Virus record (IMG/VR): IMGVR_UViG_3300027499_000007
Source of the DNA: a virus
Direction: 5' to 3' (one strand)
DNA length: 64,000 nucleotides
The translations under genes were made by a program, and so were the position numbers. Position 1 is the stretch's first letter. Every line of letters starts with the position of its first letter. The notes below the pieces were generated by a model. It worked only from the letters and a program-made list of their open reading frames with translations. It ran no database searches and had not been told where the DNA came from. Positions 44,936-53,913 of this stretch are shown here, one piece after another.

Positions 44936-45140
44936 GGAGCAAGTATGATTGAAGTACGCAGAAATTTAGATACCAAATTAGTACAGTTACAACTGTTATT
45001 GGACCAGCATTTTGAAGAAAATGATGCTGTGCAAGATGCTTTCAATGAGCTGGTTTTCGCCATCGACATGGAATTTGAAGACTTGACCTAAGCTAAAAAA
45101 CACTGTATAATATACACTTATTCGCAAGAAAGGTGTAGAA

Positions 45141-45428
45141 ATGCAAGCTGTTAACTATGTAAACAAGTACACGGGCCCTAAAGGCAAGGGCTTTATACAG
45201 CCCTATGACCGTGTAAAAGCCACAGAAAAATGGGTAGAGTATAGCCTAGACATAAGGGACATGAGCCGCATTATAATGCAGTCAGACTTTAATACAAAAT
45301 GGAAACTAGCAGCCGCATTAGAAGTAGCAGAACGCAAACGTGCTTATATGTACAAGCACAAGAATTTTGACCTAAGACGTGCTACACAAATTTTTGAAGC
45401 TGTAAAAGACATTCCCAAAACACTATAA
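45141..45428 (+). CDS. hypothetical early protein
   Basis: RBS aaggt; promoter upstream. Confidence 0.7.
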   Translation: MQAVNYVNKYTGPKGKGFIQPYDRVKATEKWVEYSLDIRDMSRIIMQSDFNTKWKLAAALEVAERKRAYMYKHKNFDLRRATQIFEAVKDIPKTL

Positions 45429-45437
45429 AGGAAGTAT

Positions 45438-45839
45438 ATGCAATGGCAAGTTGAAGCAGGACCCGCAACCAAGCGTTACATAGAGTGCATATTGCCCAGC
45501 ATCACAGCTCAGTTGGGACTAAGCCGTAGCCGCAAATATCTAATGATCAAAGTGGATCGAGAACTAGAAGAACAGGGCACCACCATCCCTCTTATGGGAT
45601 TGGATACGATTTTAGTAGTGCTCAAACCCACTCGCAATCTAGTTAACTTGGGCATTACACTAGCACACGAGCTAGCACACGTAGCACAATTTGCCAACGG
45701 CACACTGCAACTAACCCCTAAAGGCAAGCGTTGGAAGGGCAAGTTCTACCCCACAGACTATCCGTATTTAGAACAGCCTTGGGAAGTACAAGCCTTTGCA
45801 CGACAGGAAATACTCTTCCGACGTGCCATAGAACTATAA
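45438..45839 (+). CDS. HExxH metallopeptidase-like protein
   Basis: TLAHELAHVAQ...PWEVQA; paralog of 24111. Confidence 0.78.
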   Translation: MQWQVEAGPATKRYIECILPSITAQLGLSRSRKYLMIKVDRELEEQGTTIPLMGLDTILVVLKPTRNLVNLGITLAHELAHVAQFANGTLQLTPKGKRWKGKFYPTDYPYLEQPWEVQAFARQEILFRRAIEL

Positions 45840-45879
45840 GCTACGAGCCTAGCAGAAACGGTGGGCCCGTATTACACTA

Positions 45880-45910
45880 TAGCGAGTAGCGAGCGTAGCG
45901 AGCGACAGCG
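45880..45910. repeat. tandem TAGCGAG(CG) microrepeat
   Basis: TAGCGAG-TAGCGAGCG-TAGCGAGCG-ACAGCG in an intergenic gap. Confidence 0.7.
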
Positions 45911-46017
45911 CCCGAGTCCACTCTAGCAATTCTATCCCTAAAATGCACCCAAAATGTCTTGACAAACTGCTCAAAAATGTTATACTGTAAGTACAGTAAT
46001 AGAAAGGAGCCCCTAAT

Positions 46018-46212
46018 ATGCCAGAAGTCAAACTAACTAAGAAACTGTACAAAGTCACAATGACTGAGTATGAACGAGGTTACGGTCAACGCGATATGGG
46101 CACCAAGCTGTACGACAATGAGGAAGAAGCTAAAGAATATTGCCGTAAGTATAATGAAGATTTGGGCGACCCAGACTGCTATTATCGTGCAAGCTATCAA
46201 CGTATAGTATAA
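46018..46212 (+). CDS. hypothetical early protein
   Basis: RBS aaggag; promoter upstream. Confidence 0.7.
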   Translation: MPEVKLTKKLYKVTMTEYERGYGQRDMGTKLYDNEEEAKEYCRKYNEDLGDPDCYYRASYQRIV

Positions 46213-46223
46213 AGGAATTATAT

Positions 46224-46487
46224 ATGTTTCGTATTAATGACAACAAAGGTTTTCAAATCAAACTGGAGAACGGCTATATGGTAAGCGTACAGTTTGGTCC
46301 AGGCAATTACGGTAGCAACTATAGCTTGGGGTTTGAAGAAATGGGACGCCCAATGATTGCTGCCAGTGCGGAAACAGCTCTTATTGCTCCAGACGGCAGC
46401 TTCGTAACGTATAAAGACGATGACGTACAGGGTCATCAAACTGCTAACGATGTTCTAGAACTACTGAACTACGCTAGTAAGCTATAA
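46224..46487 (+). CDS. hypothetical early protein
   Basis: RBS aagga. Confidence 0.7.
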   Translation: MFRINDNKGFQIKLENGYMVSVQFGPGNYGSNYSLGFEEMGRPMIAASAETALIAPDGSFVTYKDDDVQGHQTANDVLELLNYASKL

Positions 46488-46499
46488 AGTATTACACTA

Positions 46500-46663
46500 A
46501 AGGTATAATGCGAACGCATTATACCCACATACGTAGTGGTAGATCAATGGCTTATACGCTACGTATAGTGTGCTAATCGTGGGAAAATATTTTCGGAGAA
46601 ATTGGTAAAAATACCTTTTTGACGCCTTCCATTAAGCTAACCGCCACTGTAGACGTCAAAATC
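46500..46663 (-). ncRNA. candidate leftward small RNA
   Basis: Downstream of the minus-strand promoter; inverted repeats TTTTGACG/CGTCAAAA and TACGTAG/CTACGTA; ends at 11-bp palindrome 46502-46525. Confidence 0.45.
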
Positions 46664-46669
46664 GCGCCA

Positions 46670-46698
46670 ATTGTAACACCACTAAGCATGGTTGTCAA
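46670..46698 (-). promoter_or_regulatory. leftward sigma70 promoter
   Basis: Minus strand TTGACA-17-TACAAT. Confidence 0.7.
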
Positions 46699-46866
46699 CA
46701 CTGTAGTATTTTCGCCGAAAACCCTGCACTACATACTGTATACGCATACAGTGCTAAGTCATTGATCTATATAGTGAAAAAAACCGAAAAAAGATGCTCA
46801 AAAAGGCTTGACAACTGCTCAAAATTTGCTATACTACATATGTAGAGTAAGGAAACAGGGACTAAT

Positions 46867-47319
46867 ATGAAGCTGGTAATTCAAACTCAGTACTGCGAGA
46901 ACTACGGTGACGAGGATCAACCCCACTGGAAGTTCAAGGGCGGTAGCACTTATATAGTGCAGGACATTACCCCTAAGCAGGCCCAGCGCATTGCTAGCGG
47001 CGGCATCCCTACTCTTACTCAGCTTATTGAGTATGATAACCCTGTGACCCGTGAGTACATTCTAGACTATAGTGTACGTGAGGATGACTTTGCAGTATGC
47101 GAGCCCTGGGAAACCCCTGTGGTATGCCGCTATGCTGAGGGTCAGTGGTATGCTAGTGAAGAAGTCCTTAATGGTGAATATGGATACTTGCGCGGTGATA
47201 TCGGTCGCAAGTTGAGCGTTTGGACCATGCTACCCCTGGGTGAGCGTGGGGATTACGCTGTAGAGTATTATGATCGAGATGGTAAAGTAATGGTGTTAGA
47301 GGTCTTGACAACACCCTAA
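46867..47319 (+). CDS. hypothetical early protein
   Basis: TQYCENYG...HWKFKGG motif; promoter at 46808. Confidence 0.75.
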   Translation: MKLVIQTQYCENYGDEDQPHWKFKGGSTYIVQDITPKQAQRIASGGIPTLTQLIEYDNPVTREYILDYSVREDDFAVCEPWETPVVCRYAEGQWYASEEVLNGEYGYLRGDIGRKLSVWTMLPLGERGDYAVEYYDRDGKVMVLEVLTTP

Positions 47320-47416
47320 ACTGTGCTATACTATATTATGAGTTGAGGGCATAACGCCCAAGAGCTAGGCCGCTGGGCTCGTTCAACAAGCGGTAATGTG
47401 TAATGAGGAAATTGTT

Positions 47417-47725
47417 ATGTCTACTAAGTTGTTTACTATTGCTGGTTATTCTAATCTCAACGGTCGTGTTAAGTTGCGTGTTGCTACTGGCACTGTAGCG
47501 CGACGTACCGCTGTGCTTAAGAGTGCAGGTCACACTGACATTAACCTTGTAGAGCTGCCCCAGCCCATGACTCGCGCGGATGCGACTGCGTTCGTAGAGG
47601 CGAAGTTTGCAGGCGTTGAGCTGTTCAAGAGTAAGGTTGCTGTACCCAAGGGTGTAGCTGTTGACATGGAACAGATCAGTGACAGTGCTTTTGCAGACGT
47701 TGTTGAAGACGCACTAGAGGCTTAA
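47417..47725 (+). CDS. hypothetical early protein
   Basis: RBS gagga. Confidence 0.7.
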   Translation: MSTKLFTIAGYSNLNGRVKLRVATGTVARRTAVLKSAGHTDINLVELPQPMTRADATAFVEAKFAGVELFKSKVAVPKGVAVDMEQISDSAFADVVEDALEA

Positions 47726-47976
47726 TGCACCACAGGGCGGGGGAGATCACCTCCCCCGAGTCCCTCCCCCCACTAGCTTATCGTAGGAATATGAAAAAGC
47801 CTAAACTACCGCCTGGCGCCCATCGTGAATTGTGGGACCAGGATTCGCCGTTTCGATACAATCGTGTTGAACGAGAGCGCCAACAGGACCGACGAGAAAC
47901 CAAATATCGCAAGCGTCCTGACGAATATCTAGAAGATGACGACGATTGGGACAACGATTACCCCAGTAATCGCTAG
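47725..47976 (+). CDS. charged hypothetical protein
   Basis: TAATG coupling; start may be 47791. Confidence 0.55.
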   Translation: MHHRAGEITSPESLPPLAYRRNMKKPKLPPGAHRELWDQDSPFRYNRVERERQQDRRETKYRKRPDEYLEDDDDWDNDYPSNR

Positions 47977-48077
47977 TGTTGTTTTTATGCAACACCCCTA
48001 AAACTGTGCCCAAAACCGGTTGACACTGTGAGCATAGATGCTATTATATACATATAGTGTTTAACAAGGAGCCAAAG

Positions 48078-48347
48078 ATGAGTGCATTGACCCAGTTCGT
48101 AGCCCAGAAGAATCACTGGAACAGTTTCTTTAATGGCGAGCAGTATGAGATCAAGACACCACAGGGTCGCCAGCGTGTTGCTGATATGATTGATGCGGCA
48201 CTGAGCCCCGAGAACCTAACCTGCGATGGCGAACTGCCCCGCGCAGAAGTTAACCGCCGCTATCGTGAATTGATGGGTGCGGCTCGTGCGCTGAAGCGTC
48301 TAGACCCCAGCGTAACGTTCTACGAGTGGGGTGAAGAGATTGCCTAA
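48078..48347 (+). CDS. hypothetical early protein
   Basis: LSPENLTCDGEL motif; RBS aaggag; promoter 48020. Confidence 0.75.
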   Translation: MSALTQFVAQKNHWNSFFNGEQYEIKTPQGRQRVADMIDAALSPENLTCDGELPRAEVNRRYRELMGAARALKRLDPSVTFYEWGEEIA

Positions 48348-48414
48348 TGCCCATTAGTGGTTGACAGTTGGGCATATGATGTTATTATGTACATATAGTG
48401 TTTGATAAGGAGCA

Positions 48415-48765
48415 ATGATGCTGTTCACCGTACTGCAAATCCAGATCTCAGATCGTGTGTACAATCGTGTAAACGCACTGGGTCATGAACTGGCCGCAGA
48501 AGAGTTCCCCGAGTATCGTGCATACATGGACACTATGTTCAAGGGCAGTGACGGCTACAAACTCGAGTACGCCAAGTACTACAAGCCTGTATGCACCATC
48601 ACTGCTCCTAACCTAAACCGTGTGTTTGACATAGGTAACTGTGGCCCAGAAGAATCAATTACGCGACTTGGTCAGATGCACAGCATCAGTGTTGGTGATA
48701 TCATTGAGGACCCACAGGGCACACAGTATATGGTAGACCGAGTGGGCTTCAAGGAGTTAGTGTAA
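48415..48765 (+). CDS. YodL-like domain protein
   Basis: LNRVF...MHSISVGDII...YMVDRVGF. Confidence 0.6.
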   Translation: MMLFTVLQIQISDRVYNRVNALGHELAAEEFPEYRAYMDTMFKGSDGYKLEYAKYYKPVCTITAPNLNRVFDIGNCGPEESITRLGQMHSISVGDIIEDPQGTQYMVDRVGFKELV

Positions 48766-48913
48766 TGCGTAAACTTAAACAGTTATTCACACAGTTAGGT
48801 GAGCAAATAGATCGCTTAGGCTATACTCTAATTGAACGTGTAGGTGGCCCTAAGATGGCTATGGCCTGCGTGTTTGCTGTTAACTATATACTTTATGAAC
48901 TGGTCAAGTACTT

Positions 48914-49153
48914 ATGAACAACGACATTAACTGGCGCTGGGTGTGCATAGGCTTTGTGACCTTTATAGTATTAGCCGGACTTGCGGGCCGTGTGGACTAT
49001 GAAGAAGAGCTGCGAGCAGAGCAGGCTTACTGTGACAACGTAAAGCTGTACAAGGACACCCAGGGCAAGCAGGGTTGGCCCGACTACCGAGAGCTGTATA
49101 ACACTATGTGTGTGCAGAATCGTAACAATAATCAAAACTTTTCAAATACTTAA
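48914..49153 (+). CDS. hypothetical membrane/secreted protein
   Basis: N-terminal TM; YC...GWPDY. Confidence 0.65.
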   Translation: MNNDINWRWVCIGFVTFIVLAGLAGRVDYEEELRAEQAYCDNVKLYKDTQGKQGWPDYRELYNTMCVQNRNNNQNFSNT

Positions 49154-49161
49154 AAAACTGG

Positions 49162-49181
49162 TGGGGTAGGTGGTTCAAACG
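49162..49181 (+). repeat. 20-bp direct repeat, copy 1
   Basis: TGGGGTAGGTGGTTCAAACG, identical at 50068. Confidence 0.9.
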
Positions 49182-49320
49182 AGTAGACGAAAAATATCGG
49201 GTAGGCCTGGCTATACCGGAATCAAATTTTTTCAAGATCTTACTGTAGAACCACCTTTTAGCATGTTATTCAAGATCTTTGCACAGAACCGTCTTTTAGC
49301 GTACATAAAGTATTAACACT

Positions 49321-49554
49321 ATGCAATTAACCAAGATCACACTTAGCGATAGTCAGTTTAGGAACTTTGAACAATGGTTCTTAACTCACTATAACTATAA
49401 GCTACGGGGTATTAATATTGCCACTGTAAATCGCTTTCTAGGACATCATTGGGGTGTAACCATGCTCAATTGGCCTGAACAAACGTTTGTTACGCTGTCA
49501 CCCGCTAATGCAGGGTTCTTTATACTAGCTATGAGTGGTAACTCAGGGGATTAA
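49321..49554 (+). CDS. hypothetical protein
   Basis: ORF between the repeats. Confidence 0.55.
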   Translation: MQLTKITLSDSQFRNFEQWFLTHYNYKLRGINIATVNRFLGHHWGVTMLNWPEQTFVTLSPANAGFFILAMSGNSGD

Positions 49555-49556
49555 TT

Positions 49557-49907
49557 ATGACTAAGAATGCATATTTGTTTAGTTGGGATTGCACAGGGGT
49601 AGAAGCAGTTATTCCTATTACTCAATACGAGGATTGGGATACTGTTAATGCTTTTGCTGTACTAGAGGGTAAAACACCTAGCCCAAGTCCTCTTAACAGT
49701 ACAATTAATGCTATACTGTTGCGAGCACGGTTCAATGCTCAACGATTCTACGAAGTATATGCTGTGGACTGCGATCCGGGTATTACTGAACAGGATTGGC
49801 GTGATATGTGGGAGGCCAGTCCACAGATGTGTGCGGATATGATTCGTAAGCGTGGTGTTAAGCTGTGGGGCGAGGGTATGGGCAAGCAGAGTGCTGTTAT
49901 TGTTTAG
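49557..49907 (+). CDS. hypothetical protein
   Basis: ORF between the repeats. Confidence 0.65.
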   Translation: MTKNAYLFSWDCTGVEAVIPITQYEDWDTVNAFAVLEGKTPSPSPLNSTINAILLRARFNAQRFYEVYAVDCDPGITEQDWRDMWEASPQMCADMIRKRGVKLWGEGMGKQSAVIV

Positions 49908-50067
49908 TGTTACTCAAGCCTACAGTGATGCTGTCAATGAATGCGTTTTGCTTACTTTGATCTTGACTAGTATCACGGCGTAGGTATGCAGCCACTGCGG
50001 CTATGCCAAGTGTTATTAGTATTGTGCTTAATATTGTGTTCATATAGTGTATATATCACAATATGCT

Positions 50068-50087
50068 TGGGGTAGGTGGTTCAAACG
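50068..50087 (+). repeat. 20-bp direct repeat, copy 2
   Basis: Identical to 49162-49181. Confidence 0.9.
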
Positions 50088-50165
50088 GCAAGATGGCATA
50101 ATGTCGGGAACCGTTTGAAATAGGCGCACATATTTTTTGAGATTTTAGTGTAAGGGTGGTTTTTA

Positions 50166-50366
50166 GTGATAGAAGTATACTTAAGTGATTTAGACTGTGC
50201 AAACTTTGCAGAGCCTGATCGTTGGGCTCGTGAATGCTGTGCTAGCTATGCGGGCGTTAATATTGTGGATACCAGCGATGTGTACATTGCTGATGAGATT
50301 GCTACATATAGTTTTGGTAACAGTGCGGATGCGGCTTTCTTTACACTAACTTGGAAAGCTGTATAG
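50166..50366 (+). CDS. hypothetical protein
   Basis: 66-aa GTG-start ORF. Confidence 0.55.
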   Translation: MIEVYLSDLDCANFAEPDRWARECCASYAGVNIVDTSDVYIADEIATYSFGNSADAAFFTLTWKAV

Positions 50367-50490
50367 AACCCACTCGGCCGCGGGGCGGCTTCGCCGCTAT
50401 TATCTTGTAATAGCGGCACCGCTGATTAAATATCACTTGACAAAGTCTGTGATATCGCTTATACTAGCGTATTGAATAAGGAAATTCAAC

Positions 50491-50619
50491 ATGTGGGAAG
50501 TAATCCTTGCTGTGTACATTCTAGCACTGGCGTTTATGCTGTATCTAATTCATACTGCACCCCTGGGCTATGAAGATGAACTGGGATTTCATTACGGGAA
50601 GCCCAACGATGAATCTTGA
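50491..50619 (+). CDS. 42-aa membrane peptide with GYEDELGFHYG motif (not in ORF track)
   Basis: RBS taagga; N-terminal TM; promoter upstream. Confidence 0.65.
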   Translation: MWEVILAVYILALAFMLYLIHTAPLGYEDELGFHYGKPNDES

Positions 50620-50938
50620 ACTTGAACGCTATGCAGGCGAGCTTGCAGAACTTCGTGAGAAGGTTGATGTCTATGAGCAACTGCTACACCGTATACAAAT
50701 GAACGCAGAAGTAGTCATGGATCACGAAGTAGTAGGTGATCTTATTACCAACATATGTCGTTGGAGTTATAGCCACCGCTGTGGTAATGGCGAAAACTCA
50801 GAAGCAGAACAGGATGCTATTGTTCGACGTGCATTTGACCATCTACTGATAACTCGCGAACCATGGCGGGTTCGCAATAAAAAATTAAAGGAACAAAATG
50901 AAAAAGACTCTACTAGCAACACTGCTGGCACTGTGTAG
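50609..50938 (+). CDS. hypothetical protein
   Basis: WSYSHRCGNGE motif. Confidence 0.65.
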   Translation: MNLELERYAGELAELREKVDVYEQLLHRIQMNAEVVMDHEVVGDLITNICRWSYSHRCGNGENSEAEQDAIVRRAFDHLLITREPWRVRNKKLKEQNEKDSTSNTAGTV

Positions 50939-51542
50939 TGCTACAGCACAAGCAGGTACAACCAAAGTTAATCTAGGTGCTAATATCATTGACGGAAAAG
51001 ATATTACATCTAACATCAACGTTGAACACATTCATGAGAGTGGCCGCTGGCGTCAGGAGTACGAAGCTGAACACGACTATCAGAACGTAACAGGTAAGGT
51101 TGGTAAGAACGACATCTATGGTCTAGCCAAAGCCAACTATGCACTGGACAAGAAGAATTACGTACTAGGTGTGGTTAAGTATGAATACGATCACTTTCTA
51201 AGCAATCAACACAATGCTGTGGCTGCGGTGGGCTATGGCCACAAGATATTGCGTACTGACTCTCTACGTGTGAGCAACGAAGTATCGGCTGGTGTGATGC
51301 GTACTGATACTGACACTAAGCCTGTGCTACGCAACAGTTTGTGGATTCGCTATGATGACAAGAAGTATGTGTTTATCAACAAGATGTTGCTAGAGTATAC
51401 CGACTTCATGTATGTGCGTAACCAAACAGAACTTGGCTATAAAGTAACCAATCGTGTTACCATAGGCATCAGAAATGTTTTTACACGTAACACACAGCGA
51501 GATTCTAACGTAACACTTATTAACCTTGGTCTAACACTTTAA
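50898..51542 (+). CDS. DUF481/YdiY-like outer-membrane beta-barrel protein
   Basis: Signal peptide; alternating aromatic/hydrophobic strands; AVGYGHKIL; ends LINLGLTL. Confidence 0.7.
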   Translation: MKKTLLATLLALCSATAQAGTTKVNLGANIIDGKDITSNINVEHIHESGRWRQEYEAEHDYQNVTGKVGKNDIYGLAKANYALDKKNYVLGVVKYEYDHFLSNQHNAVAAVGYGHKILRTDSLRVSNEVSAGVMRTDTDTKPVLRNSLWIRYDDKKYVFINKMLLEYTDFMYVRNQTELGYKVTNRVTIGIRNVFTRNTQRDSNVTLINLGLTL

Positions 51543-51545
51543 AAT

Positions 51546-52001
51546 ATGAACTCAACAGTATATGATCAACTGCCCAACAGTGATTGGCAACGTGATCGGA
51601 TCGGTAATGCATCCAATCGTTATCAGGGCAAGTACAAGCGTGTACTAGCTGTATGCAGTGGCGGATTGCTTCGCAGTCCAACTATTGCTCATACATTGGC
51701 CGCCGAACCTTACAATTACAATACTCGCAGTGTGGGCATTGACGAGACCTATGCCCTTAATATTCTAGATCAGGTACTGCTTGAATGGGCAGACGAAATT
51801 GTATGTGCTGACACTGAACACGAAGTTACAGTTAGACTTAAGTTAATGGATATTGGTATTACTCTCAAACCCGTTGTAAATCTCAAACTGCCAGATGTAT
51901 ATCCATATCGTGATCGCAAACTGGTACACTTGATTAAAAAGCGTTACGACCAATACCTTGCAGGCCAACAGCCTGTAAACTATGAAGATGAAAATGAATA
52001 A
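51546..52001 (+). CDS. low-molecular-weight phosphatase (CX5R)
   Basis: VLAVCSGGLLRSPT, LPDVY. Confidence 0.8.
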   Translation: MNSTVYDQLPNSDWQRDRIGNASNRYQGKYKRVLAVCSGGLLRSPTIAHTLAAEPYNYNTRSVGIDETYALNILDQVLLEWADEIVCADTEHEVTVRLKLMDIGITLKPVVNLKLPDVYPYRDRKLVHLIKKRYDQYLAGQQPVNYEDENE

Positions 52002-52218
52002 AATAGAAGAACTAATCAAACAAGCTGGAACAGATTCTAGCGGTAAGTGGATAAGTGTTGACAATGCACAAGACTTTGCTATAATGTTATTAAACGAATG
52101 CTACATTGCTATTGAGAATACAAACACTAGTCATGTATACACAACCTTTGACCGAGATCAATTTAAGGCTACTATCAGTAAATGCAAGGACGCTGTAAAG
52201 CAACACTTCGGAGTTTGA
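51982..52218 (+). CDS. hypothetical protein, HFGV paralog family
   Basis: IEELIKQAG...FAIMLLNEC...QHFGV. Confidence 0.7.
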   Translation: MKMKMNKIEELIKQAGTDSSGKWISVDNAQDFAIMLLNECYIAIENTNTSHVYTTFDRDQFKATISKCKDAVKQHFGV

Positions 52219-52219
52219 T

Positions 52220-52474
52220 ATGACCATTGCCAGTGAAAGAACACGAGCTGTTAATTATACATACGATTTTTTGCGAGACCTAAGTGATCCAAAGAAAACA
52301 CCTAGGGTTCCGGCAGACGTTAGACATAAAGCAAGATCGTTGCTTAGACATTATCCTAGTCGTTGGGATATGGATATGGTAGTAAGCGAAGGCAGTAGTC
52401 GTTTCGGTGATGATAAGAATCCGTTTGGAACTAAGAGCTTAGAAGCTCAACTAAGAGGACAAGGACATGCGTGA
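52220..52474 (+). CDS. BPSL0761-like small protein
   Basis: ERTRAV...FL.DL...TPRVP..VR.KARSLLRHYP. Confidence 0.6.
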   Translation: MTIASERTRAVNYTYDFLRDLSDPKKTPRVPADVRHKARSLLRHYPSRWDMDMVVSEGSSRFGDDKNPFGTKSLEAQLRGQGHA

Positions 52475-53039
52475 AGAACTAGATAAGAAGTTGTGCGCCA
52501 AGTACCCTAAGATTTTTATGAATCGTTATTCATCTCCTCGAGATACTTGCATGTGTTGGGGATTTGAACACGGCGATGGTTGGTATAACATTATTGATCA
52601 GATGTGTGCTAACATTCAGAGTCATATCAATCATTCGCGTCGTCGACGTCATGATGCGCTAGTGTACAATCGTGCGCTGAGTCGTGCTATCAAAGGCGAC
52701 TTTAGCTCATACGGTCGTCTAAGCAAATGGCAACAAAAGAGCATCGATGAGGATTTGTTGGATCCTGAACCACAGCTAAGATCAGTACCTGAAGTATGTT
52801 TACAGGTAATTGCTATTCAGGTTAAGGAAAAGTTTGGTACACTGCGTTTCTACTATGGCGGCGGCGATGATGTTGTCAGCGGAATTGAGCGTATGGCTGA
52901 AAGCATGAGTGCTGTTACTTGTGAGACCTGTGGTGCGCCAGGTGCAACTCGCAGTGGTGGTTGGATCCAAACATTGTGTGACACACATGCGGCTGAAGCA
53001 GGCAAACCTGATATTATGGAATGGAAGACAATGCCATGA
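52467..53039 (+). CDS. hypothetical protein
   Basis: GDGWYNII...QVKEKFGTLRFYY...CETCG. Confidence 0.75.
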   Translation: MREELDKKLCAKYPKIFMNRYSSPRDTCMCWGFEHGDGWYNIIDQMCANIQSHINHSRRRRHDALVYNRALSRAIKGDFSSYGRLSKWQQKSIDEDLLDPEPQLRSVPEVCLQVIAIQVKEKFGTLRFYYGGGDDVVSGIERMAESMSAVTCETCGAPGATRSGGWIQTLCDTHAAEAGKPDIMEWKTMP

Positions 53040-53236
53040 TCGAACGAAGTAAAGATTTACTCAATGATGTTATGACATATGTCTGGATCTATCTTTTGAT
53101 GTTTGTTAACACATACGGACATGCATTTGTTAGCATCTCCACTAACCCTCAAGCCAATGATTTAGGTATGCTAATTGGTGCGTTGGTCAGTGCGGCGTTT
53201 TGGCCATTGTATTGGTCTGTGCAGATGTGGAGTTGA
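53021..53236 (+). CDS. hypothetical membrane protein
   Basis: Two TM helices. Confidence 0.6.
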   Translation: MEDNAMIERSKDLLNDVMTYVWIYLLMFVNTYGHAFVSISTNPQANDLGMLIGALVSAAFWPLYWSVQMWS

Positions 53237-53239
53237 ATA

Positions 53240-53476
53240 ATGAGTTACAGTGACCTAATCTCAGATGGTGGAATGGATCCACGTGAACGCAAACTAATTG
53301 GCTACACTGAACGTGAAGAAGGATTTTATCCTTTGTATGCACCTGGCGAAGGTTATATTGTCACTCATGCATTTATTCTTTGCAAGTACTGTAATGGTGC
53401 AGTTTATCATTGTATGGGTCCACGTTCGGATGCAGTATGTTTAACATGTTATGAAAAGGATCCTGATGTCAGATAA
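53240..53476 (+). CDS. hypothetical Zn-binding protein
   Basis: CKYC...CLTC. Confidence 0.6.
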   Translation: MSYSDLISDGGMDPRERKLIGYTEREEGFYPLYAPGEGYIVTHAFILCKYCNGAVYHCMGPRSDAVCLTCYEKDPDVR

Positions 53477-53563
53477 GGCATTCTACGGAACTATATTGGC
53501 TATGTTTGTAGCATTTACAGGACACCCTTGGATTGCCCTTTTTATATTTTGGTTGAGTATTAT

Positions 53564-53740
53564 ATGAACGAACGAATTAAAGAAATTGCACTAGAGTGCT
53601 ATAATCCATATACGGAATTTGATCACGAGAAGTTTGCTATCTTGATTATTAAAGAATGTGCTGAACAGGTTGATTGGATACTTGCCGAGGGCGGCAAGAC
53701 GCAAGGTGATTTGATTAAACAACATTTTGGAGTTGAATAA
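53564..53740 (+). CDS. hypothetical protein, HFGV paralog family
   Basis: MNERIKEIA...KFAILIIKEC...QHFGVE. Confidence 0.7.
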   Translation: MNERIKEIALECYNPYTEFDHEKFAILIIKECAEQVDWILAEGGKTQGDLIKQHFGVE

Positions 53741-53913
53741 TGAATAAGTTATTTGAATGGACTGACCGTAATCGTAAAACAATTAGCTACACAATCGGGG
53801 CATTAAATCTGCTAGCAGGTATTAGCAATCTAGTTAACAACAACTATACACTTGCTGTAGTAAATCTTGTTATTGCTGTTGTTCTTATTGCTGATGCTTG
53901 GAGAGCCAAATGA
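53740..53913 (+). CDS. 57-aa membrane protein (not in ORF track)
   Basis: TAATG coupling; two TMs; ATGA overlap with next ORF. Confidence 0.6.
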   Translation: MNKLFEWTDRNRKTISYTIGALNLLAGISNLVNNNYTLAVVNLVIAVVLIADAWRAK

